Below are positions 8,534-15,737 of a DNA stretch of 29,873 nucleotides, in pieces. The notes beneath the pieces are model-generated. The model was not told the origin of the DNA. It was given only the letters and a program-made list of their open reading frames with translations, and searched no databases. Each line of letters begins with the position of its first letter. Positions within the stretch are counted from its first letter, which is position 1. The position numbers and the translations under genes are program-made. This DNA is from a virus (taxonomy: Duplodnaviria; Caudoviricetes), in the IMG/VR virus record IMGVR_UViG_3300028145_000055, positions 1 through 29,873 of that record. One strand, given 5' to 3'.

Positions 8534-8572
8534 AGTTCAACCGGGCTGCGAACGCCCATTAGGAGATCGGCG

Positions 8573-9166
8573 ATGTTGAAGAAACTGCTCATGGGCACCG
8601 TGGCGCTGGTTTTCGCCGCTGGTCTCGCAACAGCTTCCAATCTTACCCTGCTCTCAGGCCCGCAGGATCCGAGCCAGATGCTGGCGACGATCAACAGCCT
8701 GATCCAGAGCATCAATTTCGGCGTCAACGGGCGGCTTACGGCAGTCGTCACGCCGGCCGGCAACACCACGACGGCCGAGCAGACGCTGGCCAGCTATACG
8801 CTTCCGGCCAACCGGATCGCGGCCACCGGCGACGCGGTTCGTATCCGCTGCTGGGGCACGTCGGCGGCGAACTCCGATCTCAAGACCCTCAAGATATACT
8901 TCGGCACCACCTCGTTCTCCTCGGCCACGGCGGGCGGCGCTCCGAACAACAAGGTGTTCGACGCCGAGATGTTCGTGGTTCGCTCCGGCGCCGCCACCCA
9001 GGATATCGTCGGTCGGCTGGCGTTTGACGTGACCTCGACGTCGCTTCAGACCAGCGTGGCCGGTACGGATAGCTGGGCTGCCAACCAGACCATCAAGTGC
9101 ACCAGTACGTCGGCCGCATCCGGCGATCTGACGTTGCAGGGCATGTACGTCGAGCAGGTGAAATAA
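8573..9166 (+). CDS. Beta-rich tail-module protein with a Sec-type signal peptide
   Basis: AGGAG RBS; MLKKLLMGTVALVFAAGLATA, then a short amphipathic helix and a beta-sandwich-like domain with two Cys. Confidence 0.75.
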   Translation: MLKKLLMGTVALVFAAGLATASNLTLLSGPQDPSQMLATINSLIQSINFGVNGRLTAVVTPAGNTTTAEQTLASYTLPANRIAATGDAVRIRCWGTSAANSDLKTLKIYFGTTSFSSATAGGAPNNKVFDAEMFVVRSGAATQDIVGRLAFDVTSTSLQTSVAGTDSWAANQTIKCTSTSAASGDLTLQGMYVEQVK

Positions 9167-9324
9167 TGGCAAAAATGGCGAACCGGAGTATGCTGAAGAA
9201 GGGGCTGAAGACCACGATGCCGCCCGCTCCATCAGCAAAGGCCAAGGGTGCCAACATCAACAGCGATGCGATCCGCAAGGGTCCAGCCGCCTCCCCCAAA
9301 AGCCTCGGCGGAAGAACGGCTTAG
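9166..9324 (+). CDS. 52-aa basic, disordered peptide
   Basis: TAATG overlap with the upstream stop; K/R/P/A-rich MAKMANRSMLKKGLK... Confidence 0.6.
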   Translation: MAKMANRSMLKKGLKTTMPPAPSAKAKGANINSDAIRKGPAASPKSLGGRTA

Positions 9325-9790
9325 ACCTACGCTCCAGTGGGAGCGCTTCGGCCTGATCGCCAAGGAGTTCCCGGTGCTGTTCCGGCAGCACTGGGAAGAG
9401 ATTGCGTTGCACAAGGACGCCATCCCGCTCGACCCGCACTGGGACCGCTACTACGACTTCGACGTTGCCGACATTCTCAACGTCCTGACGGTGCGGGCGA
9501 ACGGCGTGCTGGTCGGCTATATGTTCATCCTGGTCTTCCCGCACCTGCACTACGCCTCCACGACCTGGGCGCAGACCGATATGTTCTGGCTGTCGCCGGC
9601 CTACCGCGAGGGCTGGACCGGCATCCGCATGTTCAAGGAGACCGAGCGCCACGTAAAAGCCCGCGGCGCCAAGATGATAAAGGTCGTCATTAAACTGTTC
9701 TTTGAAGCAGATCGTGGTACACTCGGGCGGCTCTTGAAGCGGCTCGGGTACGTCAACGACGAGACCATCTGGTCCAAATTCCTAGGATAG
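9266..9790 (+). CDS. GNAT-fold virion-assembly acetyltransferase-like protein (start uncertain)
   Basis: LVGY, DMFWLSPAYREGWTG, LKRLGY motifs; sits before the ejection proteins, as in P22/T7-like podoviruses. Confidence 0.8.
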   Translation: MRSARVQPPPPKASAEERLRPTLQWERFGLIAKEFPVLFRQHWEEIALHKDAIPLDPHWDRYYDFDVADILNVLTVRANGVLVGYMFILVFPHLHYASTTWAQTDMFWLSPAYREGWTGIRMFKETERHVKARGAKMIKVVIKLFFEADRGTLGRLLKRLGYVNDETIWSKFLG

Positions 9791-9793
9791 CCA

Positions 9794-10807
9794 ATGGCTG
9801 GCGTGGCAGGACTGGTCAGTGCGGGTCTGGGCGCCTACGGCGCGCTCAGCGGCTCGAGCACGGCCAGCAAGGTCGCGCTGCCGCCCCAGTTCAACATGCC
9901 CAACATGGCCGGAGCTGCCCAGGGAGCCTACAACGGCATCCAGGGGCTGGCGGGGCAGGGCGTGCCGCAGCAGACCGTTCCGCTCTATCAGCAGACCGCG
10001 ATGCAGCAATACAACAACCCCTACGCCCAGATGTTCTTGCAGGGGGCGCAGGGCGGCGCCGGCATGGGCATGGCGGCCGGGCAGACCGGTTTCAACGCAG
10101 GGCAGGGCGCGATCGGGACCGGGCAGCAGTTTCAGAACGCAGGGTTAAGCGCGATCCCCTTCGCCTCCTCAATCGCCAACACGGCGTTCGACCCGCAGAA
10201 CGCGCTTTACCAGAAGACCCAGCAGGACCTGGTGGACCAGACCAGGGCCGCACAGGCGGCGCGCGGCGTGGCGACCACGCCCTATGGAGCGGCCGGCGAG
10301 AGCGACGCGCTGCGCAAGTTCAATATCGACTGGCAGAACCAGCAGCTCAGCCGCCAGCTCGCCGGTGGGCAGGGCGCGGCCGGGATACTCCAGAGCGGCG
10401 CTGGGACGTCAGGAGCAGGCACCGGGCAGGTCGGACAGGGCATCGGGCAGGAGACGCAGGGGGCGAGCACGTTCGCAAACGCCGCCGGCCTGCCTTATTC
10501 CGCTTTTGGTCAGATCGGTCAGGGCCAGTTCGGCGCGCTCAACAACCTGCAAAGCGGTGTGCAGGGCGCTCAGGCGATTGGCATGACGCCGGTGCAGGCC
10601 TATCTCAATTATCTCGGCGTGGGCAATCAGGCGGGCAACGTTGCTAACGAGCAGACAAAACAAGCGCTCAGCCAAGCTGGTACGGCGTTCAACCAGAACC
10701 TAGTGCTCGGACAAAACCTTGGCTCAAGCATTCAGGGCTTGGGCAAGTCCTACGATGCTGGTTTCCCTGGCGTAAAAAGCGGATGGAACTGGTTAAATGC
10801 CTCCTAG
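9794..10807 (+). CDS. DNA ejection/transfer protein 1 (P22 gp7-like role)
   Basis: G/A/Q-rich; small-residue N-terminus MAGVAGLVSAGLGAYGALSG; synteny. Confidence 0.7.
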   Translation: MAGVAGLVSAGLGAYGALSGSSTASKVALPPQFNMPNMAGAAQGAYNGIQGLAGQGVPQQTVPLYQQTAMQQYNNPYAQMFLQGAQGGAGMGMAAGQTGFNAGQGAIGTGQQFQNAGLSAIPFASSIANTAFDPQNALYQKTQQDLVDQTRAAQAARGVATTPYGAAGESDALRKFNIDWQNQQLSRQLAGGQGAAGILQSGAGTSGAGTGQVGQGIGQETQGASTFANAAGLPYSAFGQIGQGQFGALNNLQSGVQGAQAIGMTPVQAYLNYLGVGNQAGNVANEQTKQALSQAGTAFNQNLVLGQNLGSSIQGLGKSYDAGFPGVKSGWNWLNAS

Positions 10808-12236
10808 CGCAGCAGGACTGTCAGCGACCTACGGTGGGTATCAGAAGGCCCGTAATACGGACTTGGAAGGCGATTTGCTGCAATCGCAGATCACTAATCA
10901 GGAGGATCAAAAACAGGGCGCACAGATCCTCCTAGATACGGTGAAGATGTTCCAGGGCGGCGTGCCCGGGGCGCAGCCGATGCCTCAAGCTCCGGCTCCG
11001 GGTCAACCCAGTCAACCGATGCAGCGTGGTTCTCAGCCGCAAATGCTGGGCGCTCCACCGCCGCCTAGCGATCCTACGTGGTCTATTGGACCACAAGCCA
11101 GTGCAGCACCCTCTCCGGTAGCAGCGAACGCCCCCACGTCGTTTGCCGATAGATTTGGGGCATCTGCGGGAGCTCGGCCGCCCGCAGCGCCCCCACAGCA
11201 GCTTGCTCAGGTTCAGGCCCAGCCACAGCAGCCGATGGGACAGCCGGATCGTCCCCAGATGGGGCAGCAGTACGACTGGCGGCACATGGCGCAGATGATT
11301 ATGCAGGCTCGACCGGATGCCAAGCCGGGCGCAGTCATTGCAGCGCTCAACATCGCAATGCCCAAGATGACCGAGCAGTCGCAGAACGAGTGGCGGATGC
11401 TGCAGGGACGGCTGGCGCAAGAGAAGTTTAACTTCGAGAAGACCAAAGAAGCGGGCAAGTATCCTGACATGGAGGGCGAGGCAGCGAAGGCGTTTCAGCG
11501 CGAGCATCCCAACGCCACCTCGGCGGAATGGGCCGCGTTCAAGAGCTCGATGGCGAAGGACACGGCGGCGAGTCGCAATCCGAACATGCTCGCGCTGCAG
11601 CAGTTTATTACGGACGAGACAGCTAAGACTGGCGTGCCGCCGGATGCCCAGGCGCAAGCTAAGTTCCTTCAAAGCGCCCGCGCGGGTCTTGGTACGGTCA
11701 ACCGAATCGAGGAGCAGGGAAAAGGCAAGGTCAACGTCCTCGAGCAGCTCGACTCGGCGATCAAAGACTTGGAAGGACAGAAGAAGGGTGGCCCGAGCGT
11801 CACAGGCATCGGCGGCTTTGTTCGGCGGCAGGGCGGTGAGTTTATTGCCAACACGCTGGGGATATCCAAGGAAGCGCCGGCATCCGGGTTTGAAACGAAG
11901 ATCGAGCTTATCAAGAACGAGTTGCCTCGTGTTATCTCCGGCACGTCTCGACTGGCGCAGCAGGAGCGCGACAAGCTGACCAAAATCGTGCGCGGTCTTG
12001 ACCCGCGCACATCGCCTGAGCAGGCTATTCAATCACTAAAGTACGTGCAGACTGTCTTGCGCGGTGGCGTGGCAAGCGAAGCTCCTGGTGGCTCGACAGG
12101 ACCGCAGGAAGGCGGGAAACTGCTGACCGATCAAGTGCGAGCTTCTGCCGAAGAAGCAATGAAAAGCCGTGGCTGGTCGCGCGAGCAGGTGCGCAAGCAA
12201 CTCCAAAATTACGGCTACGACGTCAAGGGTTTCTAA
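10797..12236 (+). CDS. DNA ejection protein 2
   Basis: 479 aa, P/Q-rich N-half and helical C-half; synteny. Confidence 0.6.
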   Translation: MPPSAAGLSATYGGYQKARNTDLEGDLLQSQITNQEDQKQGAQILLDTVKMFQGGVPGAQPMPQAPAPGQPSQPMQRGSQPQMLGAPPPPSDPTWSIGPQASAAPSPVAANAPTSFADRFGASAGARPPAAPPQQLAQVQAQPQQPMGQPDRPQMGQQYDWRHMAQMIMQARPDAKPGAVIAALNIAMPKMTEQSQNEWRMLQGRLAQEKFNFEKTKEAGKYPDMEGEAAKAFQREHPNATSAEWAAFKSSMAKDTAASRNPNMLALQQFITDETAKTGVPPDAQAQAKFLQSARAGLGTVNRIEEQGKGKVNVLEQLDSAIKDLEGQKKGGPSVTGIGGFVRRQGGEFIANTLGISKEAPASGFETKIELIKNELPRVISGTSRLAQQERDKLTKIVRGLDPRTSPEQAIQSLKYVQTVLRGGVASEAPGGSTGPQEGGKLLTDQVRASAEEAMKSRGWSREQVRKQLQNYGYDVKGF

Positions 12237-14972
12237 ATGCCGCCTACCATAACCATTCGCCCTGGACCTACGGCGGCTCCGTGGGGTGAAAACATCTTTG
12301 CGGGGCCACCGCCGAGCGCTGCGGCTCCTGAAGCCGCGCCTGTCACCCCAGCCGCGTCTCGACCTCCTATCCAAGACCTGTTTGCAGGACCGCCGCCCGA
12401 AGACCCCTTCGCTCGAGCTGCAGCCCGCACTCAGGCGTCGGTAATCCGGCCGCCGGTAGAGCAGGCACCTGCGCAATCTCCTGAGATTGACTACGAGACC
12501 GGCGCAGACATGCCGCTGCGTATTGATCTCAGCCGTATGGACAACCCGACCGAGGCTGACCTACTGCTCAAGAAGCGGTTCGGCGCTAATAACTACGGTC
12601 AAGACGACTATGGCCAGTGGTGGTTCACTCATCCCGAGACAGGCTCTCGCACAGCGGTCTTTCCGCAAGGTGCAGGGCTTATCGAAACCGGAAAAAACGT
12701 CGCCGCGGGCATGGCGGCGACAACGCCCGCTATGGCTGGTGCAATGGCCGGTGCAGGCATCGGCGGTGCACTGACGCTTCCCGCTGGTGGCGGAGGAGCC
12801 ATCCCAGGCGCGATGGTGGGCGCAGCGGCAGGCAAAGGCATTGACGAAGCGGTCAAGTGGTTTGGCGGCTTGTTTGCTAAGACCCCATCCGAAGCAGTCG
12901 GTACGCTTGGTAACGAGGGAGCGATGGCGGGAGTGTTTCAAGGCGCTGCTCCGGCCATGCGCGCAATGGGGCCGACGATACAACGCGGCGTTCGCGCCTG
13001 GACCGGCGTTACGCCACAATCGGCAGCGATGGGCGGTGACTTGATAGCCGGCGGGGCACGGCCGCCGATCTCGTCGGTTGCTCCGAAAGCCAAAGCGCTT
13101 GAGTACGAGCGTGGGCTCCGCAATACAGTGATGGGCGATCCCGTCGAGGCAGAACGCATTCAGTATCTAGACGATCGTGTCCAGGGCGTCATGCGCGCAA
13201 GCGGTATTCCTGACGATGAGATCAAGGCAGCAGTTGCCCAAGTCCAAGATAAATCAGCGAACATCTCCGCGCGTCCTGCGGGGCAGGCGCTGATTGATCG
13301 TTCGCTGCGGATTGAAACCGGACTGGCAAAAGAAGCCGAGCTTCAACAGGGCCGGGCGCAGAACGCATTGCAGCAACTGGACAGCGCAGTTCGATCGTGG
13401 GCACAGGCGCCTCCCGATCTGGCAGATAGCGTCGCCGGAGCAATCCGTGCCGACCGTCGCAAATTCAGTGAAGCCATGCAGAACATCTACCGCAATGTGG
13501 ATGGGATGCTGGGCGACGCTAAGATTGTGCCGACTGACGGCATCCAGCGCGCAGCGCGTGATATCGTCGACGTGATGGACCCGCAGGCAGTTCCTCCCAT
13601 TCTTCGGCGTTGGGCTTCTGACGAGGCACCATCTCACCTGTCGTTCGAGCAGGCGCACAATCTGCGCACGACCTTCCGCGAGATGGCCGATAAGTTCGAC
13701 GTGACACCGACTGGGCAAAAGCTCGGCAACGTGCAGCGCGTGGCGCGTGCCGTTGACGAAACGATCAGCGAACTATCCAACTCGGCCGACGTCACGGTGA
13801 AAGCAGCAGCCGATGCCCTGAAGCAAGCCGACGTGCTCTACGCCAAGGGCATCAAGCAATACAACGACGTCACGATGAACAAACTGCTGAACCTCACCAA
13901 GTCAGGCATCCAGCCTGACCCCGGCGTCGTTGCCGATACGTTGGTGGGCTCGAACAACCCGGCGGTCATCACGCGCTTGTGGGGAATGCTTGATGACGCG
14001 ACCAAGCAGGGCGTTCGACAGGCTGACGTTGCCAGCCTGATTAAACAGACTGCCTCGCCTGATCGGACAGGGAAAATGGTGATCGACGGTAAGTCGCTGT
14101 ACCAGGCGCTGCTGGACCGCGACGCGACCAACGCGATCATTCATGGCAAGCGAGATACGGAGTTTTTGAAGGAAGTAGCGCGGCGATTTGCCGCATACGA
14201 CGGCAAGATGGATATCGACACGCTTCAACCCGGTTCGTTCCGCGAAGCGCTCGAGCGGTCGATCGGCGCAAAGCGCGCCGCCGACGAGTTCGCGAGAAAG
14301 AACCCGCGCGTGGCGCTCGCCTCCAACGAGCCCGACATGGTGGATCGGGCCGCTAATTTTGTCATTGCGCCAGGGATGGAGGCACGCACCGAAGCTGCCG
14401 CCCGCATGTTCGGCCGCGATAGTCCTGAGTGGAAGGCCGTCGAGCGGTACGCAGTGCAGCGGCTTCTCAACGATGCGTTCGTGTCAACGCAGTCTTTGGG
14501 ACGCCGCGTATCAGGCCCGGCGATCGAGCAAGCGTTTAGCAAGTACACGCCGCGACAGCAGTCGCTGATCTTCGGCGACCTGACCAAAGCTGACTTGCGA
14601 TTGCTCTCGCAGGAGGCGAAATTTTTGTTCCCGGAAGACGTGACGTCCGATCTAGGCACCAGTCTCGCCGGTGCCGCCACCAAGGGCGCGTTGCCTTCGC
14701 TGAAAGGTATCCGCAAATACTGGTGGAACTTTGTGTCAGGCTGGATATCGGATAATCCAAGAGTGCTGAAGTTCCTGGCGAACGAGATCAGACAGGACCG
14801 CCCGGCCGCACGCTCTACCATGTCGGTGCTGCGGCAGTGGTTCATAAACAGCACTCTGAGCGGACCGGGCACCAATCCTCCGCCGATGAACTTTGGAGAA
14901 CCGCCGGAAGAACCAGCGCCTGAGAAGACGCGAGTGGCGAAGCCCACGCAAGAAAGTTATCGTGGACCATGA
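12237..14972 (+). CDS. Large DNA ejection protein 3
   Basis: 911 aa helical protein with a glycine-zipper membrane segment AGAMAGAGIGG...GAMVGAAAG. Confidence 0.7.
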   Translation: MPPTITIRPGPTAAPWGENIFAGPPPSAAAPEAAPVTPAASRPPIQDLFAGPPPEDPFARAAARTQASVIRPPVEQAPAQSPEIDYETGADMPLRIDLSRMDNPTEADLLLKKRFGANNYGQDDYGQWWFTHPETGSRTAVFPQGAGLIETGKNVAAGMAATTPAMAGAMAGAGIGGALTLPAGGGGAIPGAMVGAAAGKGIDEAVKWFGGLFAKTPSEAVGTLGNEGAMAGVFQGAAPAMRAMGPTIQRGVRAWTGVTPQSAAMGGDLIAGGARPPISSVAPKAKALEYERGLRNTVMGDPVEAERIQYLDDRVQGVMRASGIPDDEIKAAVAQVQDKSANISARPAGQALIDRSLRIETGLAKEAELQQGRAQNALQQLDSAVRSWAQAPPDLADSVAGAIRADRRKFSEAMQNIYRNVDGMLGDAKIVPTDGIQRAARDIVDVMDPQAVPPILRRWASDEAPSHLSFEQAHNLRTTFREMADKFDVTPTGQKLGNVQRVARAVDETISELSNSADVTVKAAADALKQADVLYAKGIKQYNDVTMNKLLNLTKSGIQPDPGVVADTLVGSNNPAVITRLWGMLDDATKQGVRQADVASLIKQTASPDRTGKMVIDGKSLYQALLDRDATNAIIHGKRDTEFLKEVARRFAAYDGKMDIDTLQPGSFREALERSIGAKRAADEFARKNPRVALASNEPDMVDRAANFVIAPGMEARTEAAARMFGRDSPEWKAVERYAVQRLLNDAFVSTQSLGRRVSGPAIEQAFSKYTPRQQSLIFGDLTKADLRLLSQEAKFLFPEDVTSDLGTSLAGAATKGALPSLKGIRKYWWNFVSGWISDNPRVLKFLANEIRQDRPAARSTMSVLRQWFINSTLSGPGTNPPPMNFGEPPEEPAPEKTRVAKPTQESYRGP

Positions 14973-15367
14973 AGCGCCTTCTCGACCATGCTGCGATCGA
15001 CGAGCCCACTCCCAAGATTGCAATCCCGCGACTCGGCTCGCTGGACAGCCTCGACCTGCCTGTCACGGTCACGACTCCCAAGGTCGTGCGGGAGGAGGTG
15101 CTTGATGCTAGCGAGGGGCTGGACAACCTCACTCAGTTGGCGATCGACAAGGCGGAAGAAATACTCCGGCTGAAGTTGATCCCAGGTGACGAGGACTTCA
15201 ACGCCATTCTGAAAGCCCAGACGTCGCAGGTTGCCACGGTGCTTACGACCCAGGTGCGAGTGGACGAGGGCCGCTTCAAGAAGAAGCAGGTCGACAAGCT
15301 GGGCGAGCTGCTCGACCTGATCCGCGGCGAAGAAGCCAAGCTTATCCCAGGAAGGGTATTGAACTGA
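14969..15367 (+). CDS. Hypothetical helical protein (132 aa)
   Basis: ATGA overlap with the upstream gene; codon bias. Confidence 0.7.
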   Translation: MKRLLDHAAIDEPTPKIAIPRLGSLDSLDLPVTVTTPKVVREEVLDASEGLDNLTQLAIDKAEEILRLKLIPGDEDFNAILKAQTSQVATVLTTQVRVDEGRFKKKQVDKLGELLDLIRGEEAKLIPGRVLN

Positions 15368-15591
15368 TGACCGCAGCAGAAGAAGCCGGCAAAGCCGTCA
15401 ATGGGTTTCTCGACTCGATGAAGACCCAACCGCTCAGTCTGGCGCTGGTGATCCTGAACGTCGCCCTGATGTTCCTACTGTACCAGGTCTATACCAAGGC
15501 CGATCAGGCGCGCGAGGCGCAGATGCAGTTGATATTCAGCGCCCAGCGCGAGATGCAGGTGCTGCTGTCGAAGTGCGTGGTGCCGAACTAA
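15367..15591 (+). CDS. Single-TM small protein (holin-like candidate)
   Basis: TGATG overlap; PLSLALVILNVALMFLLY helix followed by a coiled coil; last gene of the late arm. Confidence 0.6.
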   Translation: MTAAEEAGKAVNGFLDSMKTQPLSLALVILNVALMFLLYQVYTKADQAREAQMQLIFSAQREMQVLLSKCVVPN

Positions 15592-15737
15592 AAACTACCT
15601 TTCGCATAGTGCAATGCAAGTTCGTTCCCAGCAGGGTTCAGACCCTATCCATGTTGGAACAGGTACTGCAACGTAGAGCGGCGCCATAAAAGTCCGCCAG
15701 CGGATGCGCCACGTTACTCTACCACGAGAACGCCTTT

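Noticed and set aside
14969-15367. Terminase small subunit call
   Set aside because: Size and helicity fit, but I see no diagnostic motif and there is no adjacent large subunit
15592-15737. tRNA or known self-cleaving ribozyme
   Set aside because: No cloverleaf with a T-loop and no hammerhead CUGANGA/GAAA core found on either strand
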